Assembly: GCA_963792075.1 (NCBI GenBank)
Contig: CAWBUW010000002.1
Coordinates: 466,850 to 530,849, forward strand
DNA from: an uncultured Chloroflexia bacterium
GTDB taxonomy: Bacteria; Chloroflexota; Anaerolineae; Anaerolineales; UBA4823
DNA: 64,000 nt
Reading direction: 5' to 3'
Shown here: piece after piece, positions 17,856 through 27,120 of the stretch
How positions within the stretch are numbered: position 1 is the stretch's first letter
Layout: each line of letters starts with the position of its first letter
Notes under the pieces: generated by a model
The model's database searches: none
What the model saw: the letters and a program-made list of their open reading frames with translations, nothing else
What the model was told of the DNA's origin: nothing
Translations under genes and position numbers: made by a program

Positions 17856-18680
17856 TTAACAGGTCTCCTGTTCCAGAATGGCAGCCAGCAGTTGGCGGCG
17901 TTCTGCCCCGCTGAGCAGCTCTAGCCGGCGGATGCCCAGTGGATCGATCTCTTCACGCAGCATGCGCAGCTCGTGCTCGGTTGGCTCTGGGGTCGCGCAC
18001 ACATCTGGAGCAAGCTCTAATTCAAAGCCAGTGCGTGCCTGGATCTGAGCAATGCTGCTGCCTGGATGAAAGGTCGTCAGGCGCATGCGCCCGTTGGCAA
18101 AATCAAACTGGCCCAGGTCGGTCACGAGGTAGAGTGGACCTGCTCCGCGGCGGCGCTGGGCGGAATATCCCAGTCCGGAACATACATCCAGCCGTGAGAC
18201 GAAAGTCAGGCGGGAATGGCGCGGCACATACAGCATGATACGGTTGCTAAAGGTGGTCACATCTGGGATGCCCCCGCTGCCAGGGAGGCGCATGCGCGGG
18301 TGCCGCCCTCCGGTAGTCAAGTAATCTTTACCGAAGGCGATGTTGTTGAAATTCCCTGCTGGATCTACCTGGGCCGGGCGGAAGAATTCCTTGGGACACA
18401 GGCGGGGGAGGATGTCACATACCGCGCTGACAAACCCGATGTTCACTAGCGCCTGGTCCAGCCACAGGCTTTCGATGTGACTGACGGAAAGGGGCGCCGG
18501 ATTACGGCACATGCCCTGTCCGATGGCCGAAGTGAAATACAGGTGGGGCGCGTGCGTATAGCGGGCGAGCAAATAACCGGCTGCGACCAGGGGGGTTGCC
18601 AGTCCCTGGGCGACCACCTCGCCATCCTGGATTTGGCGGGCGATGCAGGCCACCATGTACTCGTCAGGGGTGATTTCCAT
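17856..18680 (-). CDS. CoA-transferase beta subunit family protein
   Basis: 274 aa resembling glutaconate/3-oxoacid CoA-transferase B subunits. No A subunit is adjacent. Confidence 0.7.
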   Translation of the reverse strand: MEITPDEYMVACIARQIQDGEVVAQGLATPLVAAGYLLARYTHAPHLYFTSAIGQGMCRNPAPLSVSHIESLWLDQALVNIGFVSAVCDILPRLCPKEFFRPAQVDPAGNFNNIAFGKDYLTTGGRHPRMRLPGSGGIPDVTTFSNRIMLYVPRHSRLTFVSRLDVCSGLGYSAQRRRGAGPLYLVTDLGQFDFANGRMRLTTFHPGSSIAQIQARTGFELELAPDVCATPEPTEHELRMLREEIDPLGIRRLELLSGAERRQLLAAILEQETC

Positions 18681-18702
18681 AATTCCGTAAACGCTCCACT
18701 TC

Positions 18703-19644
18703 TCAAGCAGCCTGGCAAAGTTGCTGGTGCAGTTCAGGCTGAATATTGCCGCCCGTGATCACCGCGATTGCCGGGCGAGCGTTAATTTTACCGCTGAATA
18801 CAGCCGCCAGGCAAACTGCAGCCGAGCCTTCGATCCGTTCGCCATAGCGCTGCCAGGCCAGGGCAATTGCCCGGGCAATGTCCGCCTCGCTTACCAGGAT
18901 GATCTCGTTAACGAACTGGCGTACGAGATGGATCGTTACCGAGCCAGTTTCCACGGGCCCAGACAGGCCATCGGCCAGGCTGGGCAGGTCCTGGATGCCG
19001 GCCTGGCTGCCGTGTGCGAACAAGCCGTGCATAAAAGCAGAGGCCTCCGATTGCACGCCAACCAGGCGGTGGGTGGGTGCCAGGGCCTGTAGAACCGCGC
19101 CGATCCCACTGATCAGGCCACCGCCGCCCACAGGGACCAACCAGGTAAGGGAGGGGAGCTTGGGCAGGTCAGCCAGGGCTTCCAGCGCCAGGGTCCCCTG
19201 GCCGGCGATCACCTGGCCATCATTATAAGGTGAGATCCAGGTGGCCTGGTGAGACTGCGCATAGCTGAGGCCGGCTTGCTCTGCTTCACCGTACCCGCCA
19301 GGCACCAACCGCACCTGTGCGCCCAGGGCTCGCATGGCGATAATCTTAGCGGGAACCGCATGCTCTGAGGCAAAGATGGTTACGGGAGCCTTAACCATGT
19401 TCCCCGCCAGGGCCACCCCTTGTCCATGGTTGCCTGCCGAAGCTGCCACCAGCCCACGCTCATATTCCCAATCCTGCAGGCTGAGCACCTTGTTCAGCGC
19501 GCCGCGCGCCTTAAATGACCCCGTCACCTGGTGATTGTCCCATTTCAAGTACAGCTCTTGCTCGCCATCTGTGGTCAGCGGGGTATGCTGGATGTACGGA
19601 GCGATGCGTGCCGCAGCTTGTTGGATCCAATCCAGGGGGATCAT
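18703..19644 (-). CDS. PLP-dependent threonine/serine dehydratase family
   Basis: SFKARGA lysine motif and a GGGGL glycine loop. Confidence 0.85.
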   Translation of the reverse strand: MIPLDWIQQAAARIAPYIQHTPLTTDGEQELYLKWDNHQVTGSFKARGALNKVLSLQDWEYERGLVAASAGNHGQGVALAGNMVKAPVTIFASEHAVPAKIIAMRALGAQVRLVPGGYGEAEQAGLSYAQSHQATWISPYNDGQVIAGQGTLALEALADLPKLPSLTWLVPVGGGGLISGIGAVLQALAPTHRLVGVQSEASAFMHGLFAHGSQAGIQDLPSLADGLSGPVETGSVTIHLVRQFVNEIILVSEADIARAIALAWQRYGERIEGSAAVCLAAVFSGKINARPAIAVITGGNIQPELHQQLCQAA

Positions 19645-19658
19645 AGGATTATTACCAC

Positions 19659-20435
19659 CTAAGTTGTGCGGGAATTCAGTTCTACCAGCGCTTGTTCGGC
19701 CAGCAGCACATTGTCGGTAAAAATTCCATCCACCCCGATCTGGGCCAGGCGCTGGATATCTTTGGGCTCGTTGACCGTATAAACGTTCACCCGCCTCCCG
19801 GTGCGATGGGCAGATGCAACCAGACGCACTGTGGCATCGTGGATTTCAGGATTTAGGGCCTGGTGAGTCACCCATAGACGCCCGATCCAACCCCGCGCCC
19901 AGGCGCCAGCCAGGCCGCGCAAGGCCAGCAGCCCGCGCGGAATTTGCGGCAGCAGGTGCGCCATCTTGCGCAGGTTGCCGGGGGAAAATGAGGAGAACAT
20001 GACCTTTTGGGCCAGGTTATGTCGTTGCACCACTTCGGCCACTCGCTCGTTCAGGGTATCTCGCGGTGTGGCATAATTGGTCAGCTCCACGTTGATGAAG
20101 GCTTTCTTCCCCACGGTTTCAAACACCTCATCCAGAGTAGGGATTTTTTCGCCTGCGAAATCGACGTCGAAATACGAACCGGAGTCCAGTTCTTTTAGTT
20201 GGGCCAGGGTGTGGGCGCAAGCCCGGCCATGCCCATTCGAGGTGCGCTCTAAAGTCTGATCGTGGAAAACAAATACCTGCCCATCGGCGCTGAGCTTGGC
20301 GTCCAGTTCGATGGCAGGGGGCTGGTTTTTGAACTGGCGCACTGCCAGTTCAAAGGCAGCCAGTGTGTTTTCGGGTGCATGGGAACTGGCCCCGCGGTGG
20401 GCAAAGAACATCGGGCGGGGAAATTCGTTCAGCAT
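19659..20435 (-). CDS. glycerophosphodiester phosphodiesterase
   Basis: FAHRGAS...PENT motifs; 258 aa. Confidence 0.85.
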   Translation of the reverse strand: MLNEFPRPMFFAHRGASSHAPENTLAAFELAVRQFKNQPPAIELDAKLSADGQVFVFHDQTLERTSNGHGRACAHTLAQLKELDSGSYFDVDFAGEKIPTLDEVFETVGKKAFINVELTNYATPRDTLNERVAEVVQRHNLAQKVMFSSFSPGNLRKMAHLLPQIPRGLLALRGLAGAWARGWIGRLWVTHQALNPEIHDATVRLVASAHRTGRRVNVYTVNEPKDIQRLAQIGVDGIFTDNVLLAEQALVELNSRTT

Positions 20436-20456
20436 TGGAGGATAACCTTCTGCGAC

Positions 20457-21869
20457 TTACAGCTCGACGAAGTAGGCCTCGGCTGCACGATCAATCAACT
20501 CGCGGCTCATCACCGCCTCGGTGGCCAGGTAGCGGCTGATATCTAAGATCTGGTCGCACAGGTCGCGTGGGTGGGAGGCACGGAGCTTACGTGCCCGCTT
20601 GATATACCATTCCTGGAGCAAGTAGGCCAATCCCTGGTCGTTGTATTGGACTCCTTTGGATTGGGCTGTGCGTTTGAAGATTTCGCGATACTCTTCGTAA
20701 GTCGGGTCACCGATCTCGATTTTGTGCCGCAGGCGGCGCAGGAAAGCTTCATCCACCAGGTCGCGCGGCGGCAGGTTGGTAGAGAAAACCACAAGCACGT
20801 CAAAGGGGATTTCAAGTTTGCGGCCGGTATGCAGGGTGAGGAAATCTACCCGGTTCTCCAGGGGGACGATCCAACGGTTGAGCAGATCACGCGGGCGCAC
20901 CAGTTGGCGGCCAAAGTCATCGATCAGCAAGATGCCGCCATTGGCTTTCACCTGGAAGGGAGCTTCGTAGTACTTGTTGGTGTCATCGAAGACCAGGTCC
21001 AGCCCGGCCAGGGTCAGCTCACCACCCACCACGATAAAAGGCCGGCGCACTAATATCCAGCGCGGGTCGCGGCGGGGGTTGCTACGCAGTGCGCCGGTCC
21101 CGGTCGGATTGACCGCCGCTTCATCGTTCGCTAACTGATGGTTGACCGAATCGTATAGCTTGATCACCTGGCCATCTACGTAAATCGCATAGGGAATATA
21201 CATCGTCTCACGCAAGACCATATTCCCAATGGCGCGCGCTACGCTCGTTTTGCCGTTGCCAGGGGGCCCGTACATGAAGATGGAAGTGCCCGAGTTGACG
21301 GCAGGGCCGATGCGCTGAAAAGTTTTTTCGGATAGCACCAGGTGCGAGAGCACCTGGCGGATGGTGCGGTTTGTCACCGTCAGGCGCTGGTGGGTTTGGC
21401 GTCGAACCGATTCGTTATAAACATGCACCGGCACCGGAGCCGGCCCAGCGTACTGGCTGCGATCCAGCGCTTCGCGCGCCCTCGCAATCCCGGCAGTCGT
21501 GATGGCGTATTGGTAGGCGCCCTCACCCAGGCCGATTTGCGAGGATTTCACTTCCACGAACTTTTCCTTTTTTAAGGTGTCCAGGAGCTGGTCCACCAGT
21601 CCTGTAAACGGCAAAGCAATCGCCTCAGCGATCTTAAAACCGGTCAGGTAACCCTGGAAATACAGGATTTTTAGGGCCAGGTCTTGCAGCCACAAGATGG
21701 ATAATCCTGTGTCTTCCAGGTTTAAGATATTGGGGGGAGAAAAGCTGGCATTTTGCTGGCTTTGAGGGGCTGCTGTGCCCTGGAAAGGAGGTGTGCTGGG
21801 TGGGCGCTGGGCCTGGAGAGGAGCGCTGGCTGGCTGGCGGGATAATAAGCCTGATTTGTGGGAATCCAT
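20457..21869 (-). CDS. AAA+ ATPase with a Pro/Gln-rich N-terminus
   Basis: Walker A GPPGNGKT, Walker B LLIDDFG and a classic AAA helical lid. GGAGG lies 6 nt before the ATG at 21869. Confidence 0.8.
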   Translation of the reverse strand: MDSHKSGLLSRQPASAPLQAQRPPSTPPFQGTAAPQSQQNASFSPPNILNLEDTGLSILWLQDLALKILYFQGYLTGFKIAEAIALPFTGLVDQLLDTLKKEKFVEVKSSQIGLGEGAYQYAITTAGIARAREALDRSQYAGPAPVPVHVYNESVRRQTHQRLTVTNRTIRQVLSHLVLSEKTFQRIGPAVNSGTSIFMYGPPGNGKTSVARAIGNMVLRETMYIPYAIYVDGQVIKLYDSVNHQLANDEAAVNPTGTGALRSNPRRDPRWILVRRPFIVVGGELTLAGLDLVFDDTNKYYEAPFQVKANGGILLIDDFGRQLVRPRDLLNRWIVPLENRVDFLTLHTGRKLEIPFDVLVVFSTNLPPRDLVDEAFLRRLRHKIEIGDPTYEEYREIFKRTAQSKGVQYNDQGLAYLLQEWYIKRARKLRASHPRDLCDQILDISRYLATEAVMSRELIDRAAEAYFVEL

Positions 21870-21950
21870 GATGGGCCTCCATACTTCTCTATCCAAAAAT
21901 TTGCCCTCATTTTTTGGGATAGGTTCCTAACTTACGAAAGATACACTCCG

Positions 21951-21959
21951 ATTATAGCA
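21951..21959 (-). promoter_or_regulatory. candidate extended -10 promoter of the AAA+ gene
   Basis: TGCTATAAT on the minus strand, giving a leader of about 75 nt with an AT-rich hairpin. Confidence 0.35.
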
Positions 21960-21977
21960 CGTCATTCCAAAAAATTT

Positions 21978-22118
21978 GGTTCATTAGGAGTTGCCGTGCA
22001 GAGCTTGCTTAATCGAAAGCCCTGCGTTCCACACCCCTCCCCCCAACTTTAAGAAAACCCTGAGTTGCCGTGACGAAGGGCTATATATGCCCTCTTCCAC
22101 GGCAATTCCTGGAGAGTC
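21978..22118 (+). mobile_element. family 1 element, 141-bp variant (copy C)
   Basis: Starts GGTTCATTAGGAGTTGCCGTG and ends CACGGCAATTCCTGGAGAGTC. The interior differs from copies A/B and contains CCCCTCCCCCC. No clear flanking duplication. Confidence 0.55.
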
Positions 22119-22139
22119 TCGTAAAAGCTGCGATTTAGG

Positions 22140-23036
22140 TTAAATCATTTTTATGATGATGCCGGCCAATACGAGAAGAATGAACGTGCTTACCGAGATC
22201 GCAAGTGCGATCATTTGGTGGCGAGGGAGCAGGCCAAGGAATGCTATGGGCCATGAATAGTATCCCATATACGGCGAAAAGAAAGGCCCTCCGAGTATAG
22301 CGCCTTGGCTCTGCCGTTTAACCACCGACCAAACCAGCAAAGGCAAGCCCACTAGTATCGAATAGGGCCAAAACGACAGATTCCATCCAGGAGGATCGTC
22401 TAGGAGTTTGCCGTACTGAAAGAAATAAGGTCCGTAAATTATAGTGGTGGCGAGGAAAAGCAGTGTAACTGGTAAGAAGGTGCTGATGATTCGGCGCATT
22501 CCACCTTCGCGATAAGCCTCAACTAGCCAATAGACAATCAGTCCAATTCCGAGTTGCGGCTTGGTCAGGGAGAAGAAAAGACCGATCTGGGGAGGGAGTA
22601 CATAGCCAATGGCAACCAGCCAGTCGATATTAGGGTTGAGGATATTATGGAATAGGTAGAGAGGGTTTGCTACCATCAATGCTGCCACCAGTAGCGAAGC
22701 GCCCATTTTTTTTGCTACGAGAAAATATGTTACCACAGCTACTGAAGCCAGTATGGCCCGCCCGACATCTGCTGGAAGAAATGCAATCGTAACGAGCGGG
22801 AGTAATGACCAGGGCACCCAGTGGCAGTTTTCTAGATCGTTAGGATTCTTTCCGGTGATTAAATACTGAGCACCGGGTCGGAAACAATTATCCCAATCAT
22901 TGGAGAACTTTTGAGTTTTTCCAAGGTAATATGCCAGTGCAAAAACACAAATGCCCAAGATGATTGTAGGGATAATGTTCTTGTATGACTTGATCGTCTT
23001 CAAAGCAGGGGGTTGATGAATAATAATTTCTGTCAT
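22140..23036 (-). CDS. polytopic membrane protein, GT-C-like putative glycosyltransferase
   Basis: 298 aa with about 8 TM helices. AT-richer than its surroundings. Divergent from a GT2 gene. Confidence 0.6.
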   Translation of the reverse strand: MTEIIIHQPPALKTIKSYKNIIPTIILGICVFALAYYLGKTQKFSNDWDNCFRPGAQYLITGKNPNDLENCHWVPWSLLPLVTIAFLPADVGRAILASVAVVTYFLVAKKMGASLLVAALMVANPLYLFHNILNPNIDWLVAIGYVLPPQIGLFFSLTKPQLGIGLIVYWLVEAYREGGMRRIISTFLPVTLLFLATTIIYGPYFFQYGKLLDDPPGWNLSFWPYSILVGLPLLVWSVVKRQSQGAILGGPFFSPYMGYYSWPIAFLGLLPRHQMIALAISVSTFILLVLAGIIIKMI

Positions 23037-23040
23037 AAAA

Positions 23041-23083
23041 CATCTAATGGGAACTGCCCCATCACGGCAACTCCCAATGAACC
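23041..23083 (-). mobile_element. family 1 element, 43-bp ends-only derivative (copy D)
   Basis: The minus strand reads GGTTCATTGGGAGTTGCCGTGATGGGGCAGTTCCCATTAGATG. Lies 4 nt upstream of the start codon at 23036. Confidence 0.5.
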
Positions 23084-23096
23084 TCTTTTTTCAAGG

Positions 23097-23102
23097 TATA
23101 AT
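23097..23102 (+). promoter_or_regulatory. candidate -10 box for a leaderless GT2 mRNA
   Basis: TATAAT, then 6 nt, then the ATG at 23109. No Shine-Dalgarno. Confidence 0.35.
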
Positions 23103-23108
23103 CAAAGC

Positions 23109-23792
23109 ATGAACCTGTCTGTGATTATACCTGTATATAATGAAAAATCAACTTTGCGCGAGATCGTGCAGCGCGTGCAAGCCACCGGTTTAGTTTCGGA
23201 AATTCTATGCGTGGATGATGGCTCCACGGATGGCAGCCGCGAGATCTTGACCGAGTTGGTGGGCAAGAATGGAGTGCGCGTGATCTTTCACGAACGCAAC
23301 CAGGGGAAAGGTGCCGCGGTGCGTACGGGCATCCGTGCGGCGAAAGGCGACTATATCCTCATTCAAGATGCCGACCTGGAATACGACCCGCGTGATTACC
23401 CCAATTTGATCAAGCCTGTCGAAGATGGATTAGCCGAAGTAGTGTATGGCTCGCGTTTCTTGGGCGGCGCACGCCGCCCGATCCTGTTTTGGAATATGGT
23501 GGCGAATAAGATCCTCACCTTTATCACCAATATTCTCTATAACAATATCCTCACGGATATGGAGACAGGCTACAAGCTTTTCATGCGCGAGCTGGTAGTG
23601 GATATGCCGCTCCACGCGCGTGGGTTTGAGTTCGAGCCCGAATTTACTGCCAAGATCCTGAAACGCAAGGCACGCATTTACGAGGTACCGATTACTTTCA
23701 CACCGCGCGATTACACCGAAGGCAAAAAGATCAAAGCCAAAGATGGATTTATTGCCATGTGGACTTTGATCAAATACCGCTTCGTTGATTGA
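23109..23792 (+). CDS. family 2 glycosyltransferase (polyprenyl-phosphate sugar synthase-like)
   Basis: SVIIPVYNE, DDGSTDGS and QDADLEYDP motifs. The ORF-track start at 23013 is an upstream extension. Confidence 0.85.
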   Translation: MNLSVIIPVYNEKSTLREIVQRVQATGLVSEILCVDDGSTDGSREILTELVGKNGVRVIFHERNQGKGAAVRTGIRAAKGDYILIQDADLEYDPRDYPNLIKPVEDGLAEVVYGSRFLGGARRPILFWNMVANKILTFITNILYNNILTDMETGYKLFMRELVVDMPLHARGFEFEPEFTAKILKRKARIYEVPITFTPRDYTEGKKIKAKDGFIAMWTLIKYRFVD

Positions 23793-23818
23793 CCGAATGG
23801 TGGAGCTTTATTGCCCCA

Positions 23819-24415
23819 TCATTTTTCTGCAGTTGCCCACATGTTGAGGAATAATTCAAAATACCCGAACTTCACCTTCCTCATTTCAAAACCTGCCTGT
23901 CCAAAATACCAGCCAATAAGAGGTAGCGTGTAAGCATAGGTATGCTCCTCAATCTCCTCCTCACTGACAAGGCTTAATTGGGCCATGGTTTTCAGAAGCC
24001 TATCAGACCAGGCAGCAGGGGTCGTCAGGATAACTTTTCCTCCTGGAATGAGCACCCGCTGGATTTCTCGAAACAGCAACGCCATGTTATTTGGATCAAG
24101 ATGTTCTACAACTGCTAACAAAGTGACGATGTTGAAATAAGCTTCCTCAAATGGAAGATGAGGTTCACGATCAAGATCCAGATTATAACTTTCAATATTC
24201 AATTCTTTTGCTGTTGTAGTGGGTAAGGCAACTTGATCCACTGCGATTTTTTTTGCAAAAGAGGTATGTGCCAGAAAATAGGGGTAACTTCCACAGCCAA
24301 TATCCAAAATGCGCCCGTTCCTCAAACGGTCAGGAATGATCGAGTTGGCTTTGCGGGCGCGCAAAAACGCCAACAGTGGTTCTAAATAGCCTTTTCCTCT
24401 GGTCAGGGATGTCAT
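23819..24415 (-). CDS. class I SAM-dependent methyltransferase
   Basis: Motif I ILDIGCGSY; 198 aa. Confidence 0.8.
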   Translation of the reverse strand: MTSLTRGKGYLEPLLAFLRARKANSIIPDRLRNGRILDIGCGSYPYFLAHTSFAKKIAVDQVALPTTTAKELNIESYNLDLDREPHLPFEEAYFNIVTLLAVVEHLDPNNMALLFREIQRVLIPGGKVILTTPAAWSDRLLKTMAQLSLVSEEEIEEHTYAYTLPLIGWYFGQAGFEMRKVKFGYFELFLNMWATAEK

Positions 24416-24418
24416 TGT

Positions 24419-26128
24419 CTATTCGCCCTCAGCAGGTTTAAGATCGCGCACGTTCAACTGCAAAGTGACCTGCCCGTTGAACTCGTTGGCTTCGAACTGG
24501 TACAACAAGTCCACCTCTGCCGGCAGGCGGTTGAGCCAACTGCCCATCCGGAAAGCGATGGCATCGTAAGTGATGCGCCCATCGGTGACGGACAGCTTCA
24601 AATGAGCGCTGTCCTTGCCCACCGTCCGGGCCCCGCGCACCTTCAGCCCGCGTGATACGAAAGTAGGCTGCCGGTTTTCCATGCCCGTCGGCTGCAGCCA
24701 TTCCAGGAATTTCAACAGCTCTGGCCTGAGCTCCGACAGTGGGATTTCCATGTCTGCGTGCAGGGTGGGGCGCAAATCCAGGGAACCAAGCTCACGCTCG
24801 GCGATCGCACGCAGCCGCTCCATAAGAATGGGCAGGTTTTCGTTGCGGACCGTAAAGCCTGCCGCGGCTGCATGCCCACCATGGTGTTCCAACAGCTCAG
24901 CGCATTCATCCAACGCCGCAGTGATGTGAAATTCACTGATACTACGGCAGGAAGCGCGGGTGAATTCGGGCCCATGCTGCCCGACGATCGCCGGGCGGTA
25001 ATATTGTTCGGTCAGGCGGGAAGCCACCAATCCAACCACGCCCGGGTTGAAATCGGGGTGGGCGGCAAACAAGAGCAGCGGTTCCCCCCCTTCGCTCAAG
25101 GCGATCTGTTCAGCCTCGATTTGTAGTAGGCGGGTGATCTCCTGTCGCTCACGGTTCTGGATTTCCAGTTTCTGTGCCAGCATGGCTGCTGTGCTGACCT
25201 CCGTGGCGGCCAGCAGTTCAAACGCTGCCAGCGCCGATTCGAGTCGCCCGGCGGCATTCAAACGGGGGCCGAGCGAATAACTGATATCGCCCGCGGTAAT
25301 ATTCGCCGGCTTCAAGCCAGATACTCCGATCAGCGCCATGATCCCCTGGCGCTGTGGACGGCGGATCTGCTCCAGGCCGGCCTTGACCAGGGCGCGGTTT
25401 TCCCCCGTCAGGGGTGCCAGGTCGGTAATGGTGCCCAGCGCAACCAGGTCCAGGTATTCCTCGCCAGGTGAGCGCCCGTTTGACATTTGGGGCGCCATCT
25501 CGGCCAGCCCGCAGGCCAGCTTGTAAGCCAGGCCAACCCCGGCCAGGTTTTTATCCGGGTAGGTGTCGAGCGGCTGCTTGGGGTTGATCACGGCCAGGGC
25601 CAGGGGCAGTTCGTTGGTTGGTTGGTGGTGATCGGTGATGATCAGACCCAGCCCAATCTTGCGCGCATGCTCGGCCTCGGCCGGCGAGCGGATGCCGCAG
25701 TCCACGGTAATCACCAGGGAAACGCCATCCTCGCGCAGCGAAGAAAGTGCTTCATTGTTGAGACCATATCCTTCTTCAAAGCGATTGGGGATGTACCCGC
25801 GCACCTGAGCTCCCAGGCGGCGCAGGAACTGGACCAACAACGCCGTGGCGGTCACCCCATCCGCATCGTAGTCGCCATAAATAGCGATGCGCTCATCTTG
25901 CCGGATGGCAGCGAGAATGCGTTCGGAGGCAGCCTGGATCCCCAGCATGTTCAAAGGCTCGGTGCCTGGCGGCGGCTGTGCAAACAGGAAACGCTGGGCA
26001 GCCTCCAGAGTCTGGTAGCCCCGGTTGTATAAGATCTGGCGCAGCACGGGGTGAAAATCTAAGAGGGCCTGTTCTGCTTCACCCGAGATGAGAGCAGGCA
26101 AAATCCAGCGTTTGCTCAGTGGCTGCAT
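24419..26128 (-). CDS. recJ: single-stranded-DNA-specific exonuclease RecJ
   Basis: DHH motifs (DYDADG, DCGIRS, ITDHH) and a DHHA1 domain. Confidence 0.92.
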   Translation of the reverse strand: MQPLSKRWILPALISGEAEQALLDFHPVLRQILYNRGYQTLEAAQRFLFAQPPPGTEPLNMLGIQAASERILAAIRQDERIAIYGDYDADGVTATALLVQFLRRLGAQVRGYIPNRFEEGYGLNNEALSSLREDGVSLVITVDCGIRSPAEAEHARKIGLGLIITDHHQPTNELPLALAVINPKQPLDTYPDKNLAGVGLAYKLACGLAEMAPQMSNGRSPGEEYLDLVALGTITDLAPLTGENRALVKAGLEQIRRPQRQGIMALIGVSGLKPANITAGDISYSLGPRLNAAGRLESALAAFELLAATEVSTAAMLAQKLEIQNRERQEITRLLQIEAEQIALSEGGEPLLLFAAHPDFNPGVVGLVASRLTEQYYRPAIVGQHGPEFTRASCRSISEFHITAALDECAELLEHHGGHAAAAGFTVRNENLPILMERLRAIAERELGSLDLRPTLHADMEIPLSELRPELLKFLEWLQPTGMENRQPTFVSRGLKVRGARTVGKDSAHLKLSVTDGRITYDAIAFRMGSWLNRLPAEVDLLYQFEANEFNGQVTLQLNVRDLKPAEGE

Positions 26129-26130
26129 AT

Positions 26131-27069
26131 TCAGGCCTTGACCACCGATTGAGCTAACACCGAGGCCCCGATCAGCCCGGCATCATCCCCCAGGGCTGCT
26201 CGGGTGATGACCAGGCCATCCATGTAGCGCTGCGTCATCAGGTTTTGCCGGACCCCTTCCAGCAGCGTGGCATACATCAGTTCTAAGCATTGCGAAACGC
26301 CTCCCCCCAGGATGATCGCAGTCGGATTGAAAGTGAGCAGGTAACTTGCAATCGCCTGGCCCAGGGCTCGAGCAGCACGGTCCAGCGCGGCGATGGCTAA
26401 TGCGTCGCCTTCCTTGGCCGCAAGGGCCACCTGCCGGGCCGAAATGGGCTGCCCTTTCGGCAGGGTGGAGAGGGCGCCTTTTCCCAACTCGGCCATCGCC
26501 CAACGCGCGATCCCGGTGCCTGAAGCAATCGCTTCCAGGTGCCCCTTGCCGCCGCAGCCACAAGCCGGTCCGTTCGGGTCTACGGTAATGTGTCCCAGCT
26601 CGCCTGCCAGGCCGCGCTGGCCCAGCAGCAGTTCATCGTTGATGATCACCCCCCCGCCGATGCCGGTGCTGACGGTGATGTACACCAGGTGATGGTGTCC
26701 GCGTCCCGCGCCATACTTCCACTCTCCCAGAGCAGCCAGGTTGGCGTCATTGCCCAACGCCACCGGCACCCCAAATTCGCTTTCCAGGATTTGCTGCAGG
26801 GGCAGGTTTTCCCATCCTGGGATGTTGGGCGCTTCGATGATCACCCCGGCATACGGATCGGTCGGGCCGGGCACGGCAATGCCAATGGCAGCCACGCTGT
26901 CTTGTTCGGGCCAGATGTCATGGACCAGAGCCACCAGGCGCTGCTGCGAATCCCCCTCACTGCCTTGGGTGGGGACGCGCTGCACCAACTCTGGGGTGTG
27001 GCTGTCCATCAAAAAACGAGCGGCGCGCATCTGCGTTCCGCCAATATCCAGCGCAATTACGTAGGGCAT
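26131..27069 (-). CDS. ROK family sugar kinase (glucokinase-like)
   Basis: ALDIGGT and the CGCGGKGHLE zinc motif. The start is taken at MPYVIALD. Confidence 0.85.
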   Translation of the reverse strand: MPYVIALDIGGTQMRAARFLMDSHTPELVQRVPTQGSEGDSQQRLVALVHDIWPEQDSVAAIGIAVPGPTDPYAGVIIEAPNIPGWENLPLQQILESEFGVPVALGNDANLAALGEWKYGAGRGHHHLVYITVSTGIGGGVIINDELLLGQRGLAGELGHITVDPNGPACGCGGKGHLEAIASGTGIARWAMAELGKGALSTLPKGQPISARQVALAAKEGDALAIAALDRAARALGQAIASYLLTFNPTAIILGGGVSQCLELMYATLLEGVRQNLMTQRYMDGLVITRAALGDDAGLIGASVLAQSVVKA

Positions 27070-27075
27070 GCTGGA

Positions 27076-27084
27076 AGTATAGCA
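27076..27084 (-). promoter_or_regulatory. candidate extended -10 promoter for a leaderless ROK mRNA
   Basis: TGCTATACT on the minus strand, then 6 nt, then the ATG at 27069. Confidence 0.4.
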
Positions 27085-27101
27085 TAAATAAGCCCATTTA
27101 C

Positions 27102-27110
27102 TGCTATAAT
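27102..27110 (+). promoter_or_regulatory. candidate extended -10 promoter of yvcK
   Basis: TGCTATAAT, then 10 nt, then the ATG at 27121. No Shine-Dalgarno. Confidence 0.4.
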
Positions 27111-27120
27111 CAGCACTGTT

